Below, piece after piece: positions 31,329 through 41,116 of a stretch of DNA of 64,000 nt. The notes under the pieces were generated by a model. The model had not been told where the DNA came from and ran no database searches. It saw nothing but the letters and a program-made list of their open reading frames with translations. The translations under genes were made by a program, and so were the position numbers. The stretch comes from Gammaproteobacteria bacterium (lineage in GTDB: Bacteria > Pseudomonadota > Gammaproteobacteria > UBA6429 > Thiohalophilaceae): NCBI GenBank assembly GCA_030617815.1, contig JAUWUS010000002.1:2867-66866 (forward strand), written 5' to 3'. How positions within the stretch are numbered: position 1 is the first letter of the stretch; the number at the start of each line of letters is the position of its first letter.

Positions 31329-31802
31329 TTACGGGCGTCCTGCCCTAATGTGGTGAAAAATATTTTCTTTACTTTCTTCTTCGGTTCTATCTTTTAAAAA
31401 CCGTAAGCGAACACGAAGTTGCCGCAATAAATCTTTATCCATAGAATCAGGCAATAATAAAACATGAAAAATTTTCTTCCGCCCAAAACTATTACACGAT
31501 GTAAAATTTAACCAAACAAGAAAATGCGTAACAATACATTCTCCATGCAATTCAACATTAAAATACTGCTTGTTTATTTCTATTTCCCATTCGTCATTAC
31601 TGCTTAATTTTATAGATACAATTTTATTTAACTTTTGTTTTTTAAAGGCGAATATCATCAATGCAATTAAAATAAAAACAAGAAGGAATTTTACGCTTAT
31701 TGACAGCGAAGTAAGGAAAATACTAACTAAAGATAATAAAAAAATAATAACAAGATAAGAATAAAGTTTTTTTGAGGATTTAATTACCAGGTCCAGCGGC
31801 AT
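31329..31802 (-). CDS. YgfX/CptA-like inner membrane protein
   Basis: Two N-terminal TMs, then LLLPDSMDKDLLRQLRVRL, resembling E. coli YgfX ...AADSMDEAEWRDLRRILL. Lies immediately downstream of sdhE and overlaps it. The start is uncertain (31802 or 31823). Confidence 0.6.
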   Translation of the reverse strand: MPLDLVIKSSKKLYSYLVIIFLLSLVSIFLTSLSISVKFLLVFILIALMIFAFKKQKLNKIVSIKLSSNDEWEIEINKQYFNVELHGECIVTHFLVWLNFTSCNSFGRKKIFHVLLLPDSMDKDLLRQLRVRLRFLKDRTEEESKENIFHHIRAGRP

Positions 31803-32025
31803 CTCGAATTTGTTTTGCAACATCGGCTACATCCTTGTCGGTTGGGACATCCTGCCCCATTAAATAATCCAGTAAAATTTGATCCTGGCAATTCAATAAT
31901 TGATGAAATGCTTTTTTTGTTTTTACAGGTAAGTCGAAATAACGTTTTTCAACAAACGACTCCAACATTAAATCCAGCTCAAGCATGCCACGCCGACATT
32001 GCCAGCGCAAGCGGGTTTCATCCAT
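31780..32025 (-). CDS. sdhE: FAD assembly factor SdhE
   Basis: Signature RLRWQCRRGMLELD. Start taken at MDETRLRW; the longer ORF reaches 32049. Confidence 0.9.
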   Translation of the reverse strand: MDETRLRWQCRRGMLELDLMLESFVEKRYFDLPVKTKKAFHQLLNCQDQILLDYLMGQDVPTDKDVADVAKQIRDAAGPGN

Positions 32026-32052
32026 AGCTAAATTGCCGGGGAATAACATTTT

Positions 32053-32748
32053 CTAAATCAAATCCTTTATCATAAGTTTTTTAATATTATGAATTGCCTC
32101 GGTTGGGTTTAAACCCTTAGGACAAACATTGACACAATTCATAATAGAGTGGCAACGAAACATGCGATACGGCCCATCCAATTCCTGTAATCTTTCAGCA
32201 GTTGATTGATCACGGCTATCTGCTAAAAAACGATAAGCTTGTAATAATGCGGCAGGACCACGAAATTTATCCGGGTTCCACCAAAAAGAAGGACACGAAG
32301 TTGTACAAGCTCCACATAAAATACATTCATATAAACCATCTAATTTATCACGCTGCTCCGGTGTTTGTTTGAACTCAACTTCAGGAACAGGATCGTGAAC
32401 AGTAAGATAAGGTTTAATCGCACGATAATGATGATAAAACTGTTCCATATCGACTACCAAATCACGAATAACCGGCATACCAGGAAGAGGCCTTACTTCA
32501 ACAGGTTGTTTTAATTCTGATAAACGACTTTTACAAGCCAGTCCATTAGAGCCATTAATATTAATCGCATCCGAACCGCAGACACCTTCACCACATGAGT
32601 GACGAAAAGTTAAGGTTTCATCTTTTGCTTTAAGTAAAATCAACGCATCACGTAACATCATATCATCCGTGACTTCATCCAGAACAAAGTCCTGCATATA
32701 AGGTTTTTTATCTGTTTCCGGGTTATAACGGTAGATTTTAAAACGCAT
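32053..32748 (-). CDS. sdhB: Succinate dehydrogenase iron-sulfur subunit
   Basis: 2Fe-2S motif CGEGVCGSDAININ, then CILCGACTTSCP and CHSIMNCVNVCP clusters. Confidence 0.96.
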   Translation of the reverse strand: MRFKIYRYNPETDKKPYMQDFVLDEVTDDMMLRDALILLKAKDETLTFRHSCGEGVCGSDAININGSNGLACKSRLSELKQPVEVRPLPGMPVIRDLVVDMEQFYHHYRAIKPYLTVHDPVPEVEFKQTPEQRDKLDGLYECILCGACTTSCPSFWWNPDKFRGPAALLQAYRFLADSRDQSTAERLQELDGPYRMFRCHSIMNCVNVCPKGLNPTEAIHNIKKLMIKDLI

Positions 32749-32759
32749 AAAACACCTTA

Positions 32760-34535
32760 TTAATAAACGCGTGGTTTAGGTGGAAAACTATCCACTGACA
32801 GTGGTTTTAAAGTCACCGGCTTATAATCCATTCGATGACCTTCTTTATAATATAGACTATGTTTTAACCAACTAACATCATCTCTATCAGGATAATCAAT
32901 CCGTGAATGCGCGCCACGACTTTCTTTACGCTCCAGTGCAGACTTAACAGTCGCAACAGCCAAATCAACCAGATTTTCTAATTCCATCGCTTCTATTCTT
33001 GCCGTATTAAAGACTTTGCTTTGATCCTGAATACGAACATTTTTCATTCTTTGTTCAAGGCTTAGAACTTTATCTAAACCTTGCTGTAAAATTTCTTCAG
33101 TTCTGAATACGCTACAATAATCTTCCATGGTTTTTTGTAACTCAGCACGTAATTCATTCACTGATTCACTACCATCACCCACTGGCTCATCCCAACGTTT
33201 TAAATGAGCCAGAGCCTGTTCGACACTTTTTTCATCAATTAACCGGTGATGACGATTGGTTTTTAAATATTTTTTAATATCATTACCCGCTGCACGACCA
33301 AACACCACTATATCCAATAAAGAGTTACCGCCTAAACGATTTGCACCATGTACAGAGACGCAAGCACACTCGCCTACCGCATATAAACCGGGGATGGATT
33401 CTTCACCTTGATCAACCGGCACCACAACTTGTCCGAAACGATTTGTTGGAATGCCACCCATGGTGTAATGCGCCGTTGGGAAAACAGGAATAGGTTCTTC
33501 AGCCGGATCAATGTGCATAAACGTTTTTGACAAATCGCATATACCCGGTAAACGTTTATACAATACATCACGACCAAGATGATCTAACTTCAACATCACA
33601 TGATCGGCATTGACTCCACAACCACGACCTTCTCGCACTTCTGTTGCAATAGCGCGACTAACCACATCGCGGCTGGCTAAGTCTTTGGCATGAGGTGCAT
33701 AACGTTCCATAAAACGTTCGCCATCTTTATTAACCAGATACCCCCCCTCACCACGCGCCCCTTCTGTTATTAACATTCCTTTACCGGCAAGACCGGTTGG
33801 ATGAAACTGAAAAAACTCCATATCTTGCAAGGGTAATCCTGCACGCAATGCCATAGCCAAACCATCACCAGTATTAATATGTGCATTGGTATTGGTACGA
33901 AAAAGTTGTCCCGCCCCACCGGTTGCCAGCAATGTTGTTTTTGCTTCAATTAATAATGGTTCACCGGTTTCAATTTCAAGCACCAACGCACCAAGAATAA
34001 AACCGTCTTTATCTTTAATTAAATCAATCGCAAAGTATTCATCAAAAAAATGAGTTTTAGCACGTATATTTTGTTGATAAAGCGTGTGTAAAATAGCATG
34101 CCCGGTTCTATCTGCAGCAGCACAAGTACGCGCCGCCTGTTCACCACCAAAGTTTTGGCTTTGACCGCCAAAAGGCCGTTGATAAATTTTCCCGCTATCC
34201 ATGCGACTAAATGGCACACCCTGGTGTTCAAGTTCATACACAAGATGTGCTGCTGAACGGCACATGTATTCAATTGCATCCTGATCACCAAGATAATCGC
34301 TGCCCTTTATGGTGTCATACATATGCCAATGCCAGTTGTCCGGCAACACATTTGCCAGTGCAGCATTCATCCCACCTTGTGCCGCAACCGTGTGCGAACG
34401 TGTTGGAAATACTTTTGAAACAACAGCAACATGTGCATCCGCTTCTGCAAGTTGCAAAGCAGATCGTAAACCACCACCACCAGCACCAATAACAAGTGTA
34501 TCGAACTTACGTCTTTCCAGATTTTTAATACTCAT
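32760..34535 (-). CDS. sdhA: Succinate dehydrogenase flavoprotein subunit
   Basis: [10 protein letters not shown], covalent-FAD motif [10 protein letters not shown], and HPTG...EG.RGEGG. Confidence 0.97.
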   Translation of the reverse strand: MSIKNLERRKFDTLVIGAGGGGLRSALQLAEADAHVAVVSKVFPTRSHTVAAQGGMNAALANVLPDNWHWHMYDTIKGSDYLGDQDAIEYMCRSAAHLVYELEHQGVPFSRMDSGKIYQRPFGGQSQNFGGEQAARTCAAADRTGHAILHTLYQQNIRAKTHFFDEYFAIDLIKDKDGFILGALVLEIETGEPLLIEAKTTLLATGGAGQLFRTNTNAHINTGDGLAMALRAGLPLQDMEFFQFHPTGLAGKGMLITEGARGEGGYLVNKDGERFMERYAPHAKDLASRDVVSRAIATEVREGRGCGVNADHVMLKLDHLGRDVLYKRLPGICDLSKTFMHIDPAEEPIPVFPTAHYTMGGIPTNRFGQVVVPVDQGEESIPGLYAVGECACVSVHGANRLGGNSLLDIVVFGRAAGNDIKKYLKTNRHHRLIDEKSVEQALAHLKRWDEPVGDGSESVNELRAELQKTMEDYCSVFRTEEILQQGLDKVLSLEQRMKNVRIQDQSKVFNTARIEAMELENLVDLAVATVKSALERKESRGAHSRIDYPDRDDVSWLKHSLYYKEGHRMDYKPVTLKPLSVDSFPPKPRVY

Positions 34536-34873
34536 GTTTGTACCTGGTTAATCACAATTAATAATAACCATGTTGTCATTGCTATAAAAAATAAAGCGAG
34601 TATGGTGAGTAAAACAAAACGTACACTACTGGGTTTGGCGTAATCAACTAAAATATCACGCATACCAACCCACGCATGAATAAAAAGTGAAATATAAAAT
34701 ATGATCGTTGTAATTAATATAACGGGATTAGAAAAAAGAGTGCTCCAGCTACTGAAATTAACCGGTAAATGAGCCATAACCCAGACGATTAAAGATAAAA
34801 CATAAATAGCAATATAAACAGCCGTTAATCTCTGCAATAACCAGGCGCGCATTCCTTGTGCTTGTAAACTCAT
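34532..34873 (-). CDS. sdhD: Succinate dehydrogenase membrane anchor subunit
   Basis: 113 aa with 3 TMs, located between sdhC and sdhA with 4-nt overlaps. Confidence 0.85.
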   Translation of the reverse strand: MSLQAQGMRAWLLQRLTAVYIAIYVLSLIVWVMAHLPVNFSSWSTLFSNPVILITTIIFYISLFIHAWVGMRDILVDYAKPSSVRFVLLTILALFFIAMTTWLLLIVINQVQT

Positions 34874-35253
34874 AGAAACAAAACTCCACTAATAAGAAGC
34901 GTCAATATCACGGCTGTAAACACCACAAACCATGCTGTTTTACGTGCAACAGATAGTGATATTCCAATATTTTGATCGATCAATAAAAAACGGAAACCTG
35001 CCAGTAAATGATGAAGAAATGACCAGAGTAAGACAACTAAAGCTAATTTGATCCAGGGTGACGATAAAAACAGTAACATTTCTGTAAAACCAGTACGGCT
35101 AGTTAAAGAGAGTTGAAAAAGATACAAACTAAAAGGAATAGCAAGAAATAAAATCAAACCACTTAGCCGATGATTAATGGATGCAATGCCTGTTATAGGC
35201 AAATGAATTTTTAACAAATTTAAATGCTTTGGCCGATTATTTTTTATATTCAT
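34870..35253 (-). CDS. sdhC: Succinate dehydrogenase cytochrome b556 subunit
   Basis: 127 aa with 3 TMs. N-terminus RPKHLNL....LP..AI.SI.HR.SG. Confidence 0.88.
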   Translation of the reverse strand: MNIKNNRPKHLNLLKIHLPITGIASINHRLSGLILFLAIPFSLYLFQLSLTSRTGFTEMLLFLSSPWIKLALVVLLWSFLHHLLAGFRFLLIDQNIGISLSVARKTAWFVVFTAVILTLLISGVLFL

Positions 35254-35482
35254 ATAAAGCCTGAGGTTATTTTATTGCTTTAAAAAGTTATTATTTCTTA
35301 AAACCTTATATAATCACAAAAGTTAGTTCTATAATATTAAGATTAGTTCATTTTAAGATTACCAATCATACGGTATAATTCATCCCACACTTATCGTGGG
35401 TTATCTTTGAACCTATAATCAGTAACACTATTGATACAGCATAAAGTCACAATTTTCAAATTATAAATTTTACAGGCCAAAT

Positions 35483-36535
35483 ATGAACACAGAATGGGAA
35501 AAATTTCTCTTAAGCATTAATGCAACCATCGAGAACGACACGGTTAAAAATTTTGGTCTTTCTATTGAAGAAGAACAAACTGCCTATTCAAACCTGGTAC
35601 TTACAGATCTAAGTCATTACGCTTTAATTGAAGCCAGTGGTGATGATGTTATTGAATTTCTGCAAGGACAGCTGACCAATGATATAAAACTCGTCACTGA
35701 AAGTTCGGGGCAACTCAGTGCGTACTGCAATCCTAAAGGTCGCATACTGGCGAACTTCAGAATATTTAAACGACAAGAACATTATTTTTTGCGTATGCGT
35801 TCTGACGTTGTTGAAGCAACATTAAAACGCTTACGCATGTTTGTTATGCGCAGCAAAGTTGAACTTACCGATAGCAGTGCTGAATTATCTCGTATGGGTA
35901 TTGCTGGAATCAACGCCACAAATAAACTCGCTTCTATATTTAAAAATCTGCCTGCTAATACAGATGACTCATGTACAGAAAATGACGTTACCATTATCAA
36001 GTTAGCAGGGGAATTGCCCCGTTATGAAGTCCATGGTTCCTTTGCAGAAATTAAAGATCTATGGCAAAAATTACAAACAGATGCTGTGACAATGGGTGAA
36101 AATAGCTGGAATTTACTGACCATCCGCGCAGGCATCCCGGAAATTGTTTCGGCAACAGTCGAAGCCTTTGTGCCACAAATGGTGAACCTTCAAGCCATTA
36201 ACAGTCTCAGTTTTACTAAAGGGTGTTATCCTGGCCAGGAAGTTGTTGCCCGTATGCACTATTTAGGCAAACTCAAACGACGACTATTCATTGGCTCAGT
36301 CAAAACGGACACACTGCCCGCATCAGGGCAAGCCATTATGAGTAATGATGAAAGTGAGCAAAAAGCGGGGCAAATCGTCACTGCCAGCTGGTCAAAAGAT
36401 AAAGGCGTAGAGTTTTTAGCCGTTCTACAAATAGAAAAGGCTGAAAAAGAAGAGCTGCATATTGAATCTAACCGCGGCTCCGCAATCCAGTTTATTGATT
36501 TACCTTACAGTCTTGAAAAAGAAGACTCTAATTGA
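35483..36535 (+). CDS. ygfZ: Folate-binding Fe-S cluster repair / tRNA-modification protein YgfZ
   Basis: Signature KGCYPGQEVVARMHYLGKLKRR and a GcvT-like N-terminal domain. Confidence 0.9.
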   Translation: MNTEWEKFLLSINATIENDTVKNFGLSIEEEQTAYSNLVLTDLSHYALIEASGDDVIEFLQGQLTNDIKLVTESSGQLSAYCNPKGRILANFRIFKRQEHYFLRMRSDVVEATLKRLRMFVMRSKVELTDSSAELSRMGIAGINATNKLASIFKNLPANTDDSCTENDVTIIKLAGELPRYEVHGSFAEIKDLWQKLQTDAVTMGENSWNLLTIRAGIPEIVSATVEAFVPQMVNLQAINSLSFTKGCYPGQEVVARMHYLGKLKRRLFIGSVKTDTLPASGQAIMSNDESEQKAGQIVTASWSKDKGVEFLAVLQIEKAEKEELHIESNRGSAIQFIDLPYSLEKEDSN

Positions 36536-36550
36536 AAGGAAAGAAATATA

Positions 36551-36691
36551 TTCAATTAAGCTTCTGGCCGCACTCCAGAAATCTCTTCGAGATTTCATCC
36601 AGTATTAAGTACAAGGATGTACTAATGTCGCGATAGGGCATGGAGTCCGTGGCGACTGACCCAAGCATAATTTTCAATTATGCTTCTGGCC
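36551..36691. repeat. 19-20 nt direct repeats (a ghost of the lysS 3' end) flanking a 103-bp structured insert
   Basis: ttcaattaagcttctggcc (36551-36569) versus ttcaattatgcttctggcc (36673-36691). The interior holds perfect hairpins gaaatctc-ttc-gagatttc (36578-36596) and agtaca-agga-tgtact (36608-36623), plus an outer stem actcca/tggagt. Confidence 0.75.
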
Positions 36692-38189
36692 TCATATGTG
36701 GAAAAAGAAGCACGTCACGAATTGAAGGTGAGTCAGTGAACAACATCACTAAACGATCAATGCCAATACCTTCGCCGGCGGTGGGCGGCATGCCGTGTTC
36801 AAGTGCAGTGATATAATCCTGATCAAAAAACATGGCTTCATCATCACCGGCTTCTTTTTCTTCTACTTGTGCTTTAAAACGTTCAGCCTGATCTTCTGCA
36901 TCATTAAGCTCTGAGAAACCATTGGCAATTTCACGTCCACCAACAAAAAATTCAAAGCGATCAGTCACAAAAGGATCTTCATCATTGCGACGGGCGAGTG
37001 GTGACACTTCTGTTGGATACGCGGTAATAAAAGTTGGATTCATTAAACGATGTTCTACCGTTTTTTCGAATATTTCAATTTGTACTTTACCTAAACCATA
37101 ACCATCTTTAAGTGGAATACCTAAACGTTCAGCAATAGCACGCGCTTTAGTTGCATCATCCAATTCTTCTGCTTTAATATCATCATTAAAATGAAGAATA
37201 GATTCTTTAATTGTCATACGCTCAAACGGTTTAGCAAAATCATAAACATCACCCTGGTAATCAATTTTCGTTTTACCAACGATATTTTCAGCAATGGAAC
37301 GCAACATTTCTTCGGTGATATCCATGAGGTCATTATAATCAGCATAAGCTTCATAAAATTCAATCATAGTAAATTCAGGATTATGCCGGGTCGATAAACC
37401 TTCATTACGGAAGTTACGGTTGATTTCGAATACACGTTCAAAACCACCGACCACTAAACGCTTTAAATATAACTCAGGCGCAATACGTAAAAACAAATCC
37501 ATATCCAACGCATTATGAAAAGTTGTAAAAGGACGTGCCGTTGCACCACCAGGAATCACTTGCATCATCGGCGTTTCGACTTCAAGGAAATTTTTAGCGG
37601 TTAAAAATTCACGAATATGTGCCACAATTTTTGAACGCATAATAAACGTATCACGTGATTCTTCATTCATAATTAAATCAAGATAACGCTGACGATAGCG
37701 TGTTTCCTGATCAGTCACACCTTTGAATTTTTCAGGTAACGGTCGTAATGATTTTGTTAACAGGCGAATATTGTCAAGCTTGACTGAAAGTTCACCTTTA
37801 TTAGTTTTCATTAAGATACCTTCGCCACCAATGATGTCGCCAATATCCCATTTCTTAAATTGTTCGTTATAAATACCTTCAGGTAAATCATCGCGCGACA
37901 CATAAAACTGAATACGACCGGACATATCCTGTATGGTTGCAAAACTGGCTTTACCCATTACGCGCTTAAGCATCATACGTCCGGCAACGCTGACACGAAG
38001 ATTTAACTCAGCCAGTTCTTCTTTGCTCTTTTCACTGTATTCAGCATGTAACTCCCCCGCCATGACATTACGACGGAAGTCATTAGGAAAAGCGACGTCA
38101 CTGGCTTCACGAATACCCGCCAGTTTCTGACGACGTTCAGCGATTAATTTGTTTTCATCTACAGGTTGTTGTTCTTTATTATCTGACAT
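36678..38189 (-). CDS. lysS: Lysine--tRNA ligase (class II)
   Basis: 503 aa with an OB anticodon-binding N-domain and class II motifs (FRNEG, GIGIDRL). Confidence 0.97.
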   Translation of the reverse strand: MSDNKEQQPVDENKLIAERRQKLAGIREASDVAFPNDFRRNVMAGELHAEYSEKSKEELAELNLRVSVAGRMMLKRVMGKASFATIQDMSGRIQFYVSRDDLPEGIYNEQFKKWDIGDIIGGEGILMKTNKGELSVKLDNIRLLTKSLRPLPEKFKGVTDQETRYRQRYLDLIMNEESRDTFIMRSKIVAHIREFLTAKNFLEVETPMMQVIPGGATARPFTTFHNALDMDLFLRIAPELYLKRLVVGGFERVFEINRNFRNEGLSTRHNPEFTMIEFYEAYADYNDLMDITEEMLRSIAENIVGKTKIDYQGDVYDFAKPFERMTIKESILHFNDDIKAEELDDATKARAIAERLGIPLKDGYGLGKVQIEIFEKTVEHRLMNPTFITAYPTEVSPLARRNDEDPFVTDRFEFFVGGREIANGFSELNDAEDQAERFKAQVEEKEAGDDEAMFFDQDYITALEHGMPPTAGEGIGIDRLVMLFTDSPSIRDVLLFPHMRPEA

Positions 38190-38206
38190 CTAATTTATTC
38201 TCTATT

Positions 38207-39305
38207 TTATAATCCGCTTTTTAAGCTGGCTTCAATAAATATGTTTAAACCACCATCAAGCACAGCCTGGGTATTACTGGTTTCAACATTAGTACGTAAA
38301 TCTTTAATCCGTGACTGATCTAAAACATAGGAACGGATCTGGCTACCCCACCCTATATCTGTTTTGTTATCTTCCATCACCTGCTTGTCTGCATTTTGTT
38401 TTTGCAGTTCAAATTCATAAAGTTTGGATTTAAGTTGCTTCATCGCATTATCTTTATTCTGATGCTGCGACCGGCCGCTTTGACACTGTACCACGATACC
38501 GGAAGGTTCATGGGTTAAACGAACAGCAGAATCGGTTTTATTAACATGTTGACCACCGGCTCCACTGGCACGGTAGGTATCAATACGCAAATCTGATGGA
38601 TTAATTTCAATTTCGATATTGTCATCCACTTCTGGTGAAACAAAAACAGAGGAAAATGAGGTATGCCGACGATTACCCGAGTCAAACGGTGATTTTCGTA
38701 CTAAACGATGTACACCGGTTTCCGTACGTAGCCAGCCAAAAGCATATTCACCGGTAAACTTGATGGTGGCACTTTTAATTCCGGCAACTTCACCCGAAGA
38801 AGCTTCAATTAACTCCGTTTTAAAACCATTACTTTCACCCCAGCGAAGATACATGCGCAGCAACATTTCTGCCCAATCTTGTGCTTCGGTACCACCTGAA
38901 CCCGATTGAATATCCAAAAAGGCATTATTTGCATCCATCTCACCAGAAAACATACGTTGGAATTCGAGTTGTTCCAAAGATTTTTCTTTGACATCCAGTT
39001 CCGCTGTAACCGATTGAACGGTTTCTTCATCATCTTCTTCTGCCGCCAGCTCAAGCAATTCAGCGGCATCGGCCAGACTGTTATCTAGCTCATCAATAAC
39101 ATTAACGATTTTCTCCAAAGTCACTCTTTCGCGTCCAAGCTCCTGTGCCCGTTCAGGTTTATCCCAGACATTCGGTTCTTCCAGCTCACGAATAACTTCA
39201 GCTAATTGTTCTTGTTTGACCTCATAGTCAAAGATACCCCCTCAGGGTATCCGTGCGGCCCTGAAAATCTTTAATACGCAGTTTAATTGGATTAACTTCC
39301 AACAT
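38207..39305 (-). CDS. prfB: Peptide chain release factor 2, expressed by programmed +1 frameshift
   Basis: ATG at 39305 gives [25 protein letters not shown], then in-frame TGA (39230-39228). The +1 frame continues DYEVKQEQL... into the 38207-39124 ORF, which contains the SPF and GGQ (SGAGGQHVN) motifs. Confidence 0.95.
39227..39242 (-). promoter_or_regulatory. prfB +1 frameshift site (internal SD plus CUU UGA C)
   Basis: The minus strand reads AGGGGGTATCTTTGAC, identical to the canonical E. coli prfB recoding signal. Confidence 0.93.
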
Positions 39306-39391
39306 CTTGAAATCCTTAAAAAATAATGGGCGTATCTTACCCTAAAATGGTGTTCCCTGTCATTGCGAGAGAAAAAAGTGACAGAAGCTCA

Positions 39392-41116
39392 TTAACAAGG
39401 CTCAATATGCTCAACCATAAGTTGTAAATTTTTATTACCCCGAAAAACATTCACATCTAATCGATAGGCAATATTTGCTTTCGAAATTTGTTCTGACCAA
39501 TTTTCATCCGTGGTATTAAACGCAATTGCGTCAATTTTTAAATTAGAACCAACAGGTTGTAATAATAACTTTAAGTGTTTTTCAGCAACAATACGTTTAT
39601 TAATAATATTAAAGGCACCATCAAAAACAGGTTCCTGAAACATTTGTCCCCAGGGACCCGCGTAACGAAGTTCTTCTGCTGTATTCATGCTTAATTCAGA
39701 ATCCAGCAATTCACCATCACTCATAACAACACCTTGCAAATCATCTTCACAAAGATGATGACGCACTTCATCATCAAATGCCTTAGTGAATAACTCAAAA
39801 TCGATTTCAGCAATCGTTAATCCGGCAGCCATAGCATGGCCACCAAATTTCGATATTAACTCAGGGTGTTTTGTCGCAACACTATCAAGCGCATCTCTTA
39901 GATGAAATCCTTTTATTGAACGTCCCGATCCTTTTAGTAAACCATCCTCTGTTTTTGCAAAAACAATAACCGGACGATTCCACTTATCTTTAATTCTGGA
40001 TGCGATAATACCCACCACACCTTCATGAAAATCTTCATCAAACAAACACAAACCAAAGGGTAAGTTTTCATTATTATCCAGGTGCATCTCATCTAATAAT
40101 TTCATCGCCTGATGTTTCATATCTGCTTCAATATCACGCCGAGCATGATTAATCTCGTCAAGCTGTTGGGCAATAGTATGGGCCACGGCAATATCATCAC
40201 TTAACAAGCAGTTAATCCCAAGTGACATATCATCTAACCGACCGGCAGCATTCAACCTAGGTGCAATAGCAAAACCAAAATCACTGGCAATTAAACGTTC
40301 CGCATCACGTCCGGTAATATCAATTAATGCTTTAATACCAGCACAAACCCGCCCTGAGCGAATACGTGCTAACCCCTGAGAAACAAGAATACGATTATTG
40401 TAATCAAGTGGTACAACATCAGCTACCGTTCCCAACGCAACTAAATCTAATAATTCTGCCAGATTTGGCTCAGGTAAATTTTGTTCTGTAAACCAACCCT
40501 GCTCTCTTAATAAAGAACGCAGTGCTAACATGACATAAAAAATAACACCTACTCCGGCTAACATTTTACTGGGGAAGTGATCATCAGGCTGATTGGGATT
40601 AACAATAGCATCGGCAATGGGTAACGTTTCAGCGGGTAAATGATGATCGGTAACAATAACTTTTAAATTAAACTTTTTTGCAACCTTAACCCCTTCTATA
40701 CTTGAAATACCATTATCAACCGTAATAATCATATCAGGATTAAATTGTTCAACTGCAACCTGAACAATTTCCGGTGTTAAGCCATAACCAAATTTGAAAC
40801 GGTTCGGCACAAGAAACTCAACTTTTTTCGCGCCCATACTGCGCAGCGCTTTTACTGCAACCGTAGTGCTGGTTGCACCATCAACATCAAAATCTCCTAC
40901 AATAACAATCGTTGATTCGTTTTTAATTGCATCACTAATTAATATTGCCGCTTCTGAAATACCTTTAAGTTGATTGAAAGGTAAAAGCTTGCTAATTGAA
41001 TAATCAAGCTCATCTTCAGATTTGACATTTCTATTTGCATAAACACGATTCAACACAGATGAAAGCCCTGTTATTTCTTCTTGTTTTTTTTCTATTCGTT
41101 TTATTGATTTATGCAT
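39392..41116 (-). CDS. recJ: Single-stranded-DNA-specific exonuclease RecJ
   Basis: DHH-family motifs VGDFDVDGATS, TVDNG and VTDHH, plus the DHHA1 motif GGHAMAAG. Confidence 0.96.
   Translation of the reverse strand: MHKSIKRIEKKQEEITGLSSVLNRVYANRNVKSEDELDYSISKLLPFNQLKGISEAAILISDAIKNESTIVIVGDFDVDGATSTTVAVKALRSMGAKKVEFLVPNRFKFGYGLTPEIVQVAVEQFNPDMIITVDNGISSIEGVKVAKKFNLKVIVTDHHLPAETLPIADAIVNPNQPDDHFPSKMLAGVGVIFYVMLALRSLLREQGWFTEQNLPEPNLAELLDLVALGTVADVVPLDYNNRILVSQGLARIRSGRVCAGIKALIDITGRDAERLIASDFGFAIAPRLNAAGRLDDMSLGINCLLSDDIAVAHTIAQQLDEINHARRDIEADMKHQAMKLLDEMHLDNNENLPFGLCLFDEDFHEGVVGIIASRIKDKWNRPVIVFAKTEDGLLKGSGRSIKGFHLRDALDSVATKHPELISKFGGHAMAAGLTIAEIDFELFTKAFDDEVRHHLCEDDLQGVVMSDGELLDSELSMNTAEELRYAGPWGQMFQEPVFDGAFNIINKRIVAEKHLKLLLQPVGSNLKIDAIAFNTTDENWSEQISKANIAYRLDVNVFRGNKNLQLMVEHIEPC

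Noticed and set aside
31289-31347. Possible bidirectional terminator between nadB and the ygfX-like gene (tagggca/tgcccta arms, gagcaattgctc palindrome).
   Set aside because: The arms are short, there are no flanking T-runs, and the right arm lies inside the coding C-terminus of the ygfX-like ORF. This is not convincing.
39125-39305. Apparent unannotated gap or truncated prfB (pseudogene).
   Set aside because: It is explained by the canonical programmed +1 frameshift, and the joined reading frame is intact.
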